Of a stretch of 64,000 nucleotides of DNA, positions 11,750 through 25,810 are shown in pieces. The translations under genes and the position numbers were made by a program. The notes below the pieces were generated by a model that worked only from the letters and a program-made list of their open reading frames with translations, was not told where the DNA came from and made no database searches. How positions within the stretch are numbered: position 1 is the first letter of the stretch; the number at the start of each line of letters is the position of its first letter. The DNA comes from Octopus sinensis (Eukaryota): the NCBI RefSeq assembly GCF_006345805.1, contig NC_043007.1:63798001-63862000 (forward strand), in the 5' to 3' direction.

Positions 11750-12435
11750 AAAGACACACAGACAAACACTCATGCATGCCAATCGTCACATATGCATATG
11801 TATGTGTAGATGTGTGTGTTTAAAAAGGTACCTAACACAGAAACATACATATACAAAATATGATGTCATTGTCGTCATGGTATAATATGTCCTGTACTAT
11901 AGTTGACTATAGAAAGATTATAAAATGTTGTATTGTTTTAATTGAAATCCAAAACAAAATTACATGTTGACATTTGGGGGTGTTTTGATACTATTACCTT
12001 GTAAAATTTGATTTGATTTGGTCAAGTCATTTGAGAATGCATAGGCAACAGACAGAGAGACAAAGAATTTTAGAGACACACACAGACATACATTCAAGCA
12101 TGTCAGTTGTCACATATCTATATGTATGCATAGATGTGTGTGTGTGTTTAATAACATATCTAATGCGGAAAGACACACACACTCACAGACACACTCATAC
12201 ACATACACTCTCATATAAAAAATGTAATGTTTTTGTCATCATGGTATAAAATGTCATGTAGTATAGTTGACTATAGAAAGATTATCTCTATAAAATGTTA
12301 TATTGTTTTAATCAAAATGAAAAAAGCATTACATGTTGATACTCCTGGGGTGTAATACTATTACCTTGTAAAATTTGATTTGATTTGGTTGAGCCATTTG
12401 AGAATGCATAAGGAACAGACAGACAGACAAACAAA
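11750..12435. repeat. Diverged tandem duplication (two units of ~320-360 bp)
   Basis: 'catggtata..tatagttgactatagaaagattat' and 'tactattaccttgtaaaatttgatttgatttggt..catttgagaatgcata' each occur twice. Confidence 0.9.
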
Positions 12436-12793
12436 GATATTATATAAATTTCACCATGTCATCTTCACTTGGCACTAGGTTAAAGAGAACAGAGCTAGCA
12501 GCTAAATTGCTTTCTCAAGTAGTTATCCATTTAAAAATCAGTCAGTCTTTCTGGTTGAGAAATCTGATATTTAGAGTACTAGTTTTTTGTAGCTTCAGGT
12601 AACAGCAAATCTGCCACTGGTTTATTGCTACTATAACATAAGAGTTGGCAGTAATATATCTTTACTGTATAGAACTAGTACCAGTTGTAGAACCAGCACC
12701 ACAACACCACTACACTACAAAAGTAATACCAACTTCTTGTGATGCTGTAAAAGATAAAATGAAAAAGCAAGCAAATCTTTTCAGTCGGCTTAC

Positions 12794-12949
12794 CTAAAAA
12801 TTGTTCTTCAAATCTGACATGTATATTTTCCAATGGTTCTTCAGCCATCTCGACAGTCTCTGATAATACTAATCCTCTGGGTCGATTTAATACTTCATGA
12901 GAGAAGTTAGCTCTGCTAATGAACTTGGCAACAATTTCAGGTATAGAAC
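12794..12949 (-). CDS. RAB3GAP2: RAB3GAP2 exon 24
   Basis: acag|GSIPEIVAKFISRANFSHEVLNRPRG...FEEQFL+G|gtaagc. Confidence 0.92.
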
Positions 12950-14459
12950 CTGTTGAAAAAAAATTAACAAATAAAGTAATATTTATCTAGTTTATGAATT
13001 TTTACTTCATTTTTATATTATTATTGTTGTTCCAAGTTTATGAATAAAGCATTTTCCTTTGAGAAGATACAGGTATTCCCAACACAATATTATTCACTTA
13101 GTCATACAAGTGTACAGAAGTTCAACAAAGATGATGGCACATTAAGTATGAATCGTAAGATTAGAGTATATTGAATCATAGTTTAAGTTACATATATATT
13201 GGTAGAAAGATGGGAGATAAAACTTATGGAGTATAAAGGGTACTGTGGAATCATGAACTTTTGCGCTCTCTCTCTTAATATGCAGAACACTTTACATTTT
13301 GAAACAAACAGCCTTAGAGAACAAAAAATATAGCTGCTGTTGTTTAGCCCTGTGTCAGTCTGACTGAGCTAATCTATCATCAAAGCATTCCAGCCTTGAT
13401 CTTCTCATTTCTTTTGAAACAATATATCTGAGGCTATATGATCTAATCTATTCTTCATTCTTAAAACAGTTTGATGTAATTTGAAGGATATTTAGATGCT
13501 ATTTCTGGCAGGCTGAGTAACCATGTAGAAACCTCTCTCTTATTGGCTCAAGGCAATATAATCAGTGACCAGAATGTAAACAGATACAGATTTATGCATT
13601 GCAAATCAAAATTAAGTACATGATGAAGATATTTATGAAGTTAGATCTAATGATTTTTCTTCAAGTTCTTTGTCCTTTTTCCATGTATTTATACATTTTA
13701 TAGTTATTCCTTAAAATTACACCTCTCTGCACGTTTTTTTTCTTAACCCTATCATCAAATACTGACATAAAAATTTTCTCAATGAAAAAAAAATGACTTT
13801 ACTGTTTACTGTTACTCTCCAACTATAATTCTTTATCTGCTCCTAATGCATAACATCCCAAATCTCCAAACATAAATAAAACAGGCTGTGTGGGCTGAAC
13901 TGTCATGCTATTACTATTGTAATTACTATTAACTGTCATAAGCCATTACTATTTGAAGTGTGGTTCCAAAACAGATTGAAGCACGACAAAGTTTACTGAA
14001 CTTGAACAACAAGTCATTCTAACATGTTCAGTTGGATATCCTTGTTTGATTCAGTAGAGATGGTTATAGCTATTTAACAAAGACATTTCACAATATTATT
14101 ACCATAGTCTTTGCTATTGTTGTAATTGCCACTGCTACTACTGAAATTGTTATAGTCATTTTTTTCTATTTAGCATAATGTAGTAAACAACATGGCTTCA
14201 AGTGAGATTAAAGAGTGACTGACTTATCCAGCAAACTAGATCTATTTATCACTTCTAACACTTTGTTGGCTACCTACTGTAATTCTCCATGGAAAATGCT
14301 AACTGGAACTGCTTAACATGTTTGTTGACCACATTGATCTTACACATTCATTTCATGTCCTTAGCTCACAATGTCATGAGAACATTCTTTAAAACTCATT
14401 GATTAATACCACTTGCTCGACCATACAAACAAAAACAAGCAAATAAAGTTTCAACATAC

Positions 14460-14703
14460 CTCTTCCACCATCCAGTAGGTGGCTAACAGAAACTAGCAAT
14501 GGTTCTGAGGCAGCACTAGAAATGGTAGACATTGATGGTGGCGGTATCTTCATTTTCAGCAAACTATTAAGTGCCAAGGTGTCTTCAAGTTGTCGTATCA
14601 AAACATTCCATTTCTCATAATCAACACTCACGTCTTCCCATTCAGATATACCATTATCCGCTTTATCAGACTGACTTGTGTCTGCTGTATCAGCATCTGG
14701 ATC
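14460..14703 (-). CDS. RAB3GAP2: RAB3GAP2 exon 23
   Basis: tcag|DPDADTAD...EWEDVSVDYEKWNVLIRQLEDTLALNSLL...VSVSHLLDGGR+G|gtatgt. Confidence 0.93.
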
Positions 14704-15416
14704 CTGAGAGAGTTGAAACAAATATTGGAATACAGTTTAACTAAATTAACTATTTAGTACTTCAGCCATCACAGGGCAACTATGTTGTTTATAGTACAAT
14801 GGCCTGTGCCTGTAGGTATCTCCAAAATGATATGTTAGCATCTTCAATGTACTGCACACAAGCATCATTCAGCCACTAAGTACCATAGCTTCTATCTAAC
14901 ACACACACATATAAGAAACTGTCATGAATTTCATTAGCTAACTGCTGCTTCTGCTATAAGATGTCATACACTCATAGTTGAATGCTTGTGTACCACTTAG
15001 TTTCACTGAAGCTTCATTGTGAAGAGCAATTTTATTTGGGAAAACATTTACATTTATATATACATACAGAGAAAAGCATTACATATATATATATATACAC
15101 ACACACACACATATAAAAGCGTTGCCAATGAAAAGGCATAAATGTATGTAGGAAATGAATTCAGGAGTTTGAATATCACTATGCCTAAGTACTTACATAT
15201 ATATATATATATATGAACTGTGCTAGTATTACAACAATCATGCAAGTTATACCATTTCTCTACCTTATATATTATTGGCACAAAATACAGGTCAGTTCTA
15301 TAATCTTTATAATCTTTCAATTTTATATTGAGGTACCTTAAACACTCAACTATTACACATCTATTATTTTATTTCATTTATTAAGTACAGCAACAATAAC
15401 AAATTGAACATGTTAC

Positions 15417-15577
15417 CTTAGCTTTAGTTTTACTGGTCATCATATCCATAGCAACCCCTCGGGCAGTCAATGCAAGTATATAAGCAGCTCTGGAATTGGT
15501 TGACTGAGTACATGCTTCCCTTATTTTCTCCCACCATGGGGAAATTGAATCCACACTTGTCATAACATCACTGGTAT
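15417..15577 (-). CDS. RAB3GAP2: RAB3GAP2 exon 22
   Basis: ctaag|DTSDVMTSVDSISPWWEKIREACTQSTNSRAAYILALTARGVAMDMMTSKTKAK|gtaaca. Confidence 0.93.
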
Positions 15578-17239
15578 CTTAGAGAAAAGTAAATTACAAT
15601 ATGAACTGTTGTTGGAGAATAATTCAGAGGAATAATTGTTAAAGACACAATAGCAGCAAGGAAAAGGTGCCAGTTTATAAGTAACAAATTCATGAAAAGC
15701 AGAAAAGTTGATGCAGCACGCAACTTAGTTTTTATTTAAATTTTCCAGGCTATAAATTTAGGCCAATGATGTGAAAGAATAGATCATACAAAAACTCATC
15801 TGACTAAAACTACATAGATGTTACCTAACCCTTTTGTTACCATGTTTCTGTTGAAACGTGCAATCTTTCATCATGATCACTTAGCATTCATTTTCCGTGC
15901 TGGCATAAGTTAGATGGCTTGACTGGAATTGGTAAGCCAGAGAGCTGTACCAGGCTTGTCTGTTTGGGCTTGGTTTCTATGGCTGGATGCCCCTCCTAAT
16001 GCCAACCACTCCATAGTGTACCAGGTATCTTTTATGTGTCACTGGCATGAGTACCTTTTAATATCACTAACATGGGTACCCTTTATGTGTGACCAGCACA
16101 GGTGCCTTTACATGTCACTAGCATGGGTGCCTTTTGCATGTCAGTGGCATGGGTGCCTTTTACACATCACCAGCACTGGCCATGACTACAATTTCACTTA
16201 GCTTGACGTGTCTTCTCAAGCACAGCAAACTGCCAAACGTTTTTGGTCATTTGTTATTGCTTCCATGAGATTCAACATCTGAAGATCATATTTCACCACC
16301 TCATCCCTACTTTTCAGTTAATTTTGAAATTAATGAGGAATTTAGTAGAATAACTTTGTTATGCTTAAGCTGGTGTTTGGAACATAAATTAATATAAAAT
16401 TTTGATGGAATTTATTTTACATCACTTTAAAACAGAAAGTTTATATCATAGAATAAGGAGCAGTCTCAGGTTGGTGTTAAGAGTTAGTAAGGTAAGAAGT
16501 AATCAATAAAACCTAAATTAACTTTGAATTAATTGTGTAAGTATATATTTAATTATTTCATTAAGTAGAGATGCTACATATTATTATGCAGATAGATTAT
16601 GGTTAGGAAGGAAATATGCTTCAACTACAAATACAAAACTCAACAGCAAAAATTTGAACTTATGACCACATTTTAAGTAGAAAACTTCACAGACAGTGTC
16701 TTTTGGTATTTCAATGAGTATTAAGTTGGGTTACTCTACAGAATAGCAATACATTTAACCATCTTTCATCTGGCAATAGAATCAATAATCCATTTACAGG
16801 CCATAGGCGGAAATAAAACACTTGATACCTTCACTTCAATTTGCTTTAAAAGGCAGATGAGTAAATGTTTCTGTGAGACTGGAGAGCCCATGATTCTCAC
16901 AATTAATAAAGTTGTCAGTTTATTGAGAGGAGACGCCGCCGACGCCACCACCACCATTTTACATCTGCTTCCCAAACTAGTATGGGTTGGACGTTTTGAC
17001 AGGATCCCAAAGGTCAGAAGACCATGTCTTGCTCCAGCACCATTTGGCATGATTTCTATGGCTGTATGCCCTTCCAAACACCAACCATTAATGGGGGTCA
17101 CCTTGTAACTTGCAAGATTGAAAAACTTAAGTAGCATATAAGAATTAACTATCAATAACCTAGAAAGACACATGCTAAATTCACAAATTCTACAGAAGCT
17201 GCATATCCATAAATATGGCACTACAGAGAGAAAACTTAC

Positions 17240-17339
17240 CAGACATTCTAGTCAAAGTTAAAATGACATGGTATAAATTATAGACTTGGGTTTCAATATT
17301 TCTATTGTCACTCGATAGCCAGTAGTGTTGTAACAGGTC
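17240..17339 (-). CDS. RAB3GAP2: RAB3GAP2 exon 21
   Basis: gcag|DLLQHYWLSSDNRNIETQVYNLYHVILTLTRMS+G|gtaagt. Confidence 0.92.
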
Positions 17340-18002
17340 CTGCAGAGAGAGGAAAAAGAAGAACAAAAAATGGCTATAAAAAAAAAGAGTGAGAAAGGGA
17401 TATATGGGATTTCAAAATTATTGATTACTAGTACCATCATAAACAGAATGCTGATCCCAGTACTTAGTTTAGTCTGGTGCTTATATTAATTCTCTTTGTC
17501 AAACCACTTAGTTAGTTCCAGGACATAAAGGGATACAATATAAGCACAAACCACAACACAGATATATACATATGATGGGCCACTATTGGTTTTACCCACC
17601 AAATTTCATCCACAAAATATTGGTTAATTCAAGGCTATAGTTGAACATATTTACTAGAAGTGTTGTGTAGCGAGTTTAAATGTGGAACCATATAGTTGTA
17701 AAAGCAAGATTCTTTAACACAGCTAAGCCTGTACTGCTATTACAGTTTCAACATGGAATGTCTATAACTTCTTTTCCACAAACTAAAACAACTTGAAATT
17801 CCACCTCTTTACAATCTTATTTCATTATCTTTAAATGTTTTCAAGTCCCACAAGAAAAGAAACTTCAAGAACTTAATGGGAAATATTCTATGAGTATTAA
17901 CTAAGTATTTCAAAATATTAGAATCTCTCTCTCTCACACACACACAAATTGAAGTTAATGAAGTCTTTCAGGATATATTATGACAATTGTATCTATACTC
18001 AC

Positions 18003-18100
18003 CATGAGATGATCAGGAGGTATAGCACAGTCTTGAAGTATTCTGCTTAAATCTTCAGCACTAACTTTATTTGATAAGCACCCATCATAAAATAAATCAC
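18003..18100 (-). CDS. RAB3GAP2: RAB3GAP2 exon 20
   Basis: tcag|CDLFYDGCLSNKVSAEDLSRILQDCAIPPDHLM|gtgagt. Confidence 0.92.
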
Positions 18101-20353
18101 CTGAAAGTGAAAACAAGAGAAAATTCTAGTATTTCATTCAAGTCATCTATATTTTGTGTTCAAACCCTGTTGGAGGTAACTTTCATTTTCATTCTTCCAG
18201 TATAACCTGCATTCAGGTTGATTCAATTGACCATAACCCTCTGTCTCAATTTGTGACCTTGTACCAATTTGAGAAATCATTAATTTCTTAAAATTCATCA
18301 ATTGCACAATTTCAGTTAGCTGTTTACCTACGTTCACTAAAGTCATAAATGCTATAACTTCTCACCTTATCCTTCTCTAAAATGAAGAGTATTTGAGCTT
18401 GACCAAAAAGAAATGAGTATATGTTTTGTTGCTTCACAGTGAGTTTCAGTGATGGGTTGCCAAAAAAATTAAACATCACTAGTAGACCTTACAGAATATT
18501 ATTTTTTTCCCTGTGTACTCAACATTCAAATATGTTGAAATCAATCTTGCCATTCATACACCACAGAATCAATAAAGTGGAGCTTATTATTAAGTAAAAG
18601 AATAATATTCATTTGATTAAATTTTTTACAACAGAGGAAAACTGTTAAAAAAGAAAAGTAAAATGTAACATAACTGTTTTGATTGAGTTTAGGCAGATCC
18701 TGGCATTTGTGATTGTGTGCTCATATATAGTAATGCCTTGATATACAAGTTGGTTTAATCCTGGTGACTGCTCATAAAGTGAAAACTTGTAAAGCAGAGC
18801 AACAATTTCCCATAATAGCAATGTTATAAATTGTAATTTGTTCTCAGAAAAATATTTTACCTATAAAATTTATAATACTTGTAAATAAATGGCAATAAAA
18901 CAACAGTGGAATGTAAAGAATATTTTATGTAAAGTAAAAAGAATGTCAAGATCATTTATAATAAAAAAATATTATTATTATAATCGTTTTCTGAATCACT
19001 TCACTTGCACTAGACTCGTGCACACCATCACTTGTAGACACTACTGCAGATTCACAAGCACTCGTAGACAGACTTGTAGATTTCTTTTTAAAAAATAAAT
19101 CTAGAGTTGTTTGCTTAGAAGCTTTTTTTCACTCTATAAATTTCTCAGTAACATGAAGAAGCATTTATTATGGTAGTAGAAACTTTTGCACTTCATTCAA
19201 GATTTCAATCTTGTGCTTGAAAAATAAAACTTGTAAACCTGGGGTCTCATAAAGTGGATCCTAGTAAAGTTAGGTATTACTGTATATGCAAATATATATA
19301 TATTCAATAGAATCCAAATGAGAATTTTTGCAATATTTTATAGATCAACTCTGTTCAAATAATTGAATGAACTAGATTGAATCTGACTGATTTCACCACC
19401 ACATCTGCTACCATTTAACATCCATTTTCTATACTTGTATGGATTGGATGGTTTGACAGAAGCTGGCAAACCAGAGGAGTATGTCAAGCTCTACAGTCTG
19501 CTTTAACATGGTTTCTACATTTGGATGTCCTCCCTAACATCAACCACTTTACAGAGTGTACTGGGTGCTTTTTACATGGTGACTATTTTTATCAATTATT
19601 ATATGGACATTGTGTTACATAGCTTAGGGTACTGGTTATTAGTAATGTAAATGTGAGGTGGTTGATTAACAGATGTAATAGAGTAGTGATCTAAATGTTT
19701 TACAGTGTTTAGCTGATATTTTTTATGGTGATTCAAATCTAAAGGGGATTGACTTCTCACTCCTTTTGGATTAGATAAAATAAGCACCAATTAAATTATT
19801 AGGATCAATTCAATTGATTACAATACTGCACAATAAATTTGTGGCCTTGTTTTGATGAAAGAAATCATTAACACTTAGATGGAGATCTATAAGCAGCATA
19901 CAAATGAATGAGATTCTTTAGTGTCATTTTTCATCTTTTTATAAAAGAAATCCTTCCAATAAACAGACAACATTGTACATCATTGGAAACCATTACTTTA
20001 CTTTATCTATAATTTTGAATAGCAACTGTTAATGGGGAAAATAGTTTCTACATAAGCAAAGCACAAATGAAATTTTCCATCATATCACAATGGTTTGTTT
20101 GGTAGTGTCTGTCTTACTTATTAACTTTTCCACAATCATCAGCAGAACTGTAAAAATGATGCTATACTAAATTCAACTGATTTAGAAAGTATAGCTTGGA
20201 AAAGGATTAGCTCTGGTAAGCAAACTTGCCCTACAAATTATATATATACTACATAAAGTCTTCAGTGATTCCTCTAAATCCCAATGGATTTTGGGAATCA
20301 CCAACACCGTTCAATAAATATGAGTTATGATACAGAGAACAGTAATTACTTAA

Positions 20354-20573
20354 CCCTTTAACATTTAAACCAGCCATATCCAGCCCATATATTCTAACTG
20401 TTTTATGTTTAAACTAGCCAGATCTGGCCTCCCATATCTACCCTAAAATGTCACTCTAAAACTAAAGAATCACATCATCGAAATCTCAAAGCTACAAGAT
20501 AATGCATAATTAATTCAAAATAATGTGAATAGATAAGCATTACATTTGACAGAGTAATCTGAATACTAAAGGG
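20354..20573. mobile_element. piggyBac-like MITE (220 bp)
   Basis: TTAA|CCCTTTAACATT ... AATACTAAAGGG|TTAC; TIR matches 10 of 12 and the right target site is degenerate. Confidence 0.65.
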
Positions 20574-21161
20574 TTACTTATACAAGCATTAAGCAAGTGT
20601 TTCTACTGTAGCCTTTGGTCATCCAATGTCTTGTGAGTGAAAGTGGTAGGTGGAAACTATGAAAATCCTATGTGTGTGTGAATATTTACATTCTGATTCG
20701 TTACTTGTAAAAGTTGAGTAAAAAGTAATGTTATATTGACATTCCTTGTCAACAAATTGCCCTCTAGCTCTGAATTTTTGATGGAAGTTATTACTTGCCA
20801 TCAAAAATCCCTTACTTGAACCCTTACATCAAAAACCCCTTACTTGAAAAAACAGGTAAGTGTTAGTAACAGGAAAGGTATCTGGCTGTAAAACAATGCT
20901 ACAGTAAGTATTCATCAACCCAAGCTAGCAGGGAAAAAAATTAAATAAAATGAATGAAAACTAAGGTATTTACAATAGCTAACTTCAGAGGAATGAAAAC
21001 AAAGTTGATCCTGAACACCTTCAGCTTACACATCCAACCTTTTAAGAGGGGGATAGAACTACAGAGCACTGAAGTAGATTTTTTTTTCCTAAAACTTCTA
21101 GATGTAGGCAAAAATGCGAAAGTGAAGAGAAAGAAAATGATAGGCAATGTTGTATACTTAC

Positions 21162-21471
21162 AAAGTGCATTTTTCTTATCTTCTGGAATTTTTCTGATTT
21201 TGGACACAATAGGTAAATTTCCACCAGAAGAGCTTACACTAAGAGTTGAGGGAGATGGTGAGGATTGTGAACTATCTGTCTGTGATTCCTGACGATGTAG
21301 TGGATATTCAAAGCAACTAAGGAAGTTGGTCACTGACATTGGTTGTTCTTCAAATGTAACAGTGCACTGGACTGCAGAAGTGTTGAAGTTATTGGGTGCA
21401 TCATAGGCAATTAGTTGCCGGAGCACATGCTCTATTTCAGATTTTGTTGCAGATAAAATATTCATTAAGTG
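21162..21471 (-). CDS. RAB3GAP2: RAB3GAP2 exon 19
   Basis: gtag|HLMNILSATKSEIEHVLRQL...PMSVTNFLSCFEY...KIPEDKKNAL+T|gtaagt, 310 nt. Confidence 0.9.
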
Positions 21472-21994
21472 CTACGAAATGAAGAAAAAAAAAAGAATTC
21501 TTTTAAAAACAGAGAGAGAGAGAGAGAGAGGTGAACAAAATCACCAACAAGGTCTGGTAAGAGATTTTATACAAACGGAGAATTATCATTTGTAAGCACA
21601 ATTGTTCTTTATCCCCTGTGCATCTGCCATGTCTGTGATTTTGCTTGGCTTGATAGGCCTTCTTCTCAAGCTCGATATAATGCCAAAGCTCTTGGTCATT
21701 GCCTCCGTGAGGCCCAACACTTGAAAGGAACTCAGCCACTTTGCCTCAGTATATTTCAAATAGTGTATGTAGGTGTATGGATTGTAATATACATTAACTT
21801 TCTATAAGACGGAAATGTGTGATTTGAAGATCTATTTCTCTCTCCCAACTAAGAGCTTATAATAGTAAGCTATGAACAAAAGGAAGAAAACTATTGCTCA
21901 AATAATTCATACACAAATATCCATGTTGGAAATAATGCATTGCATTTATGTTAACAAATGAAAATAGATTTAAAATCAAAAGATTTTTAATTAC

Positions 21995-22134
21995 CTGTTC
22001 TACATTACTGATAGGTTTTGGTTCATAACATGTAGATTTTGCTTTATCAAGCATGCTATATGTGCGCAGTAACTGGTTTTGAGACTGACAGAACAACAGG
22101 AAGAGGCGACTGTCGATGTCAAGAGCTTCTTCAG
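21995..22134 (-). CDS. RAB3GAP2: RAB3GAP2 exon 18
   Basis: acag|AEEALDIDSRLFLLFCQSQNQLLRTYSMLDKAKSTCYEPKPISNVEQ|gtaatt. Confidence 0.9.
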
Positions 22135-23383
22135 CTGTAAAGAAGAAAAAACATTATAATTCATGAATGATGTTCCTTCAAACTCCAATATGATGGCTAA
22201 AAGTGAATTCAGATTACAAGATTTATTCAAAAGATCATGAGATATATTATTTAGTGCCACATAAAAAGCACCCAAGCACCCAGTACACTGTAAAGTGGTT
22301 GGTGTAGGAAGGGTATCCAGCTGTAGAAATTATGCCAAACAGACAATTGGAGCTTGGTGCAGTACACTGGCTGGCCAACTCCTGTTACACTGTCCAGCCC
22401 ATGCCAGCATGGAAAATGGATGTTGGATGATGACAAGATGAAATTATTTTTAAAAAAACTGCTTCACAATAATTCTTTTCATACTATCATGAATGGAGTA
22501 GTTTTTTTCAAATTTGGATATTTGCATATTGTAAGACATACTTTAACAAATTAATGCATTTTTTCCTACAATTAACCACTCAAGAGAAAAATTAAGTTGG
22601 AAACTAATTACATTAAAAAGATGTTTGTGGATAGCAAAACCTTTTCGGTGGGATAAGATTTTATTCAGTGACAAGGTGTGTTTCTTGAACAGTTAGAAAT
22701 ATAAAAAAACTAGAATAATCTTTAAACTTATGCAAGAGTTGCCAAGAACAGGAGATGAAAATATATTAGAGATAAATTAAAAATTATGAAGCTGATGAAT
22801 TGCAAACCACCTGATTAATCCAATAGTATCAGTGGATTCTCTTTTCCATCCAACAGTCCATTGGCATGATCAACATGAGATTGGTATTGATTAATAAGCA
22901 ATAAATTCATGTTGGGTAATGACTGAAAGAGTACAACTGCAAATACAGAGGGGCGAAATAGAATTCCTCTGAAAGATTTCTTGGGTAATGTTACTCAAAA
23001 GGGTGTGTAGCTTGGAGATCAGGGAGTCTCTCAAAGCCAGGTCACAGCTCTGGTACTATGGATGTGTGAATTGAAAGTCACAGGAATGAATTGCAAGATG
23101 AATTTTTCTAGCTGCACCAACTAGCAGGAGACTTAGAAATAGACATAGATTGAGATGGTTGCATTATATCCATAGACTCAGTTGGTTATGCTTGGGAATC
23201 CAGCCGGAAAGTGTAATGGCAGTTGTTTCTGATAAGATCCTAAAGAGAATGTGCCTGAGGATTCTCTCAGGAATAGTGGAGAATGGATAGATGGATAAAC
23301 TCATGAAAAAGACTATTTATTAAAAGATGGCAATGCTTGTAAAAACTAATTCAGAGAAACTGATGTAATAAAGGTGTAATTAC

Positions 23384-23474
23384 CTTTACCACTCATTTGA
23401 TTTATGCAGCCTCTTATGATGTTTTGCATTGTTACTGTTGATAAGTATTTTGTATTCAAGACTCGCTCAACTCC
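23384..23474 (-). CDS. RAB3GAP2: RAB3GAP2 exon 17
   Basis: tcag|GVERVLNTKYLSTVTMQNIIRGCINQMSGK+G|gtaatt; phases fit exons 16 and 18; an alternative in-frame donor lies 6 nt upstream. Confidence 0.85.
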
Positions 23475-23855
23475 CTGAAGTGAGACAAAAGGAAATCAAA
23501 AAATCAGTTAAGAAATAACTTCATTCTTTCTAAAACACAAAGATTGTCTTTTTGACTAGAATTATTTCACTAATTGTATTAAATCCACTGTGAAGAACAA
23601 GAACATAACATTTAACAACCTTAATTTTCTCATATCTCATACTTCACAGCTTGATATTTTATGTAAAAGTCATCCTAATTTAACCTATGAGAATAAGTAA
23701 CTGCAAAAAAAAGTTGCTACTTTTGTTATTTATAGATATTTAAATAATTTGTTTCTTTTATTTAAGAATACTGACCTGAAATTGTTTACAAACTTACAAA
23801 ATAAGACAAAGAAAAAATGTTATAAAAAACCAAAATAACAAAAAATAACACTTAC

Positions 23856-23920
23856 TTGTTGAGCAATACTGGAAATCTTCATGTCTAAAAGTGTCTCTTT
23901 CACAGTCGATTTCAAGCTCT
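23856..23920 (-). CDS. RAB3GAP2: RAB3GAP2 exon 16
   Basis: tcag|ESLKSTVKETLLDMKISSIAQQ|gtaagt. Confidence 0.92.
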
Positions 23921-25068
23921 CTGAATTAAAAGACAATACAATAATTTATCACAATATATGACAACAGCATACATACATAGATTCCTCCTGTGTATATAAG
24001 GATAAGCTGAACATTCACATTCAAATTAAAACCTAATCCCTTCTTGAATCAGATGAAATACAAATAATTTGATTAAATTAAAAACTGAATTGAAATCATT
24101 TTTTAGTATAAGCTCTCCTTTCCACAAACTTTTAAATTAAATTACAAATGAATTTTTTATAGACCCTTTACATGACAAATTTTCTAATTAAGTTATCAAT
24201 AAATTTTGCATCTTGGTTTGTAACCTTCATTCATTACACCTGCTTTTCTATCATCAAACCCCAAATGATCTCTTCTGATGTCCTTCAACTTCATAAACAC
24301 TAAGTAAACTTTACAAAATTCAGTTATAAACTTCAATGTTGTGCAGCAGTCAATTGTTTTTGTGACATTGGAAAGTACTCTGATCACATCTACTGCATTA
24401 AGATTCTTACTTTAGCTTTTGTAACAATGCATTTATGTATAATTTGTTTCTTCACAAAGAACTTCTACACAACACCTTTGGTGTTGAAAATGAAGTTTAT
24501 TTGTTTATTTTTTATACACTAGTGGTTCATTGTAGGAGTATTTTCTCCATTATAATTTCTAGATGACCCCTTTACAGCAACTGATTACAAGAAGTCACTT
24601 TCCCATTTGACTGCCCTTCAGACTATTCCCCTTTACTTCTGAAGTAAGCTGTACATTTTATAATCTAAGCACAGACATAGCTGTATAGTTAAGATGTTCT
24701 CTTTGCAACTGAGCAGTTTCTGGTTCAGCTAAACAGCATAGCACCTCAGACATCTTTTACAAAAGGCCTGAGCTGACTAAATCCTTGTGAGTGGATTTGG
24801 TAAATGGAAACTGAAAGAAGCCCATGGTATATAAAAATAACTTTCCCACCAACTTCTCTGAAAGTATGGTAAAAGGTCAAAATAAATTTAAGAAACAATT
24901 TATGAAGGCAGTATTCTAGTATTATCTTAGTCATGATTGTTAAAATAAACCAGTGACCTTTAATGAAATATAAGAAAAAAATAAAATATACAGAATTTGG
25001 TAAAAAAAAACATTATATGTAAAAGAGAACAAATCAATATATTGATAAATATAAACAATGGAATTTAC

Positions 25069-25151
25069 CTGATTCTTCGTTACATTCTTTTAAAAGAGTC
25101 TTCAGTTTCTTAAGCAGATGAAGGTCACGAGCCCTTTTGCTGCTTTTATCA
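25069..25151 (-). CDS. RAB3GAP2: RAB3GAP2 exon 15
   Basis: atag|DKSSKRARDLHLLKKLKTLLKECNEES+G|gtaaat. Confidence 0.95.
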
Positions 25152-25635
25152 CTATAAGATGAAAAACCACAGGTACACATGTATCATATATATCTATATA
25201 TTAGGAGTACTGAAAAACAATGTTGCATTTCATGTAATGAATTCAAATCAGCATAAAACATTGTAAATATATTTTTTCATTCAAAGCATAATTGCTATCA
25301 TTAGCAATATTTCCCCACCTTGAAATCAGATATTTTATTCATTAGTAAAAAAAACAATCAGTTTCTTGAGAAGATGAAAGAGGAAAATGTTTGGAGTGCT
25401 GTTTGAACACTTTCCTGCTTCTGAATGCTTTTCCACTGATGAAATGTTGAAAAGACCTGTATAAGTGGAGGATGAGATGGAGCTTCCCAGCCTAATGAAT
25501 TCATTTTAGCCCCACCCTGTCCCGACTGGCTCCCCATGCTGCTGGCACATAAAAAGCACACACTACACTCACAGAGAGGTTGGTGTTAGGAAGGGCATCC
25601 CGCATGGAAAACGGACGTTAAACGATGATGATGGG

Positions 25636-25810
25636 TTAGCTTCACTGAATGTGGCCTTGTATTATCATGTTTCAGCATGACCCTTTTTCTGTTGACTAGA
25701 ACTAGTTGTTTTTTGAGCAGAATGTGATTGGCATGTTTAAGTTGTTGACAATAAAGTTCTGTAGTGATGCTTTTCTGTTGTTCCAATAATTCAAAGTGAA
25801 CAATGCCTAT
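25636..25810 (-). pseudogene. Short fragment of a second mariner transposase
   Basis: ITTELYCQQL...VNRKRVMLKHDNTRPHSVKLT, joined directly to an RTE tail. Confidence 0.75.

Noticed and set aside
16766-17221. 151-aa minus-strand ORF and overlapping 83-aa plus-strand ORF
   Set aside because: Spans an RTE-tail-like repeat and intron sequence; no recognisable domain; not needed for the RAB3GAP2 exon chain.
17101-17221. Apparent acceptor just 19 nt after the exon 21 donor
   Set aside because: The intron would be too short, and the downstream sequence does not match RAB3GAP2.
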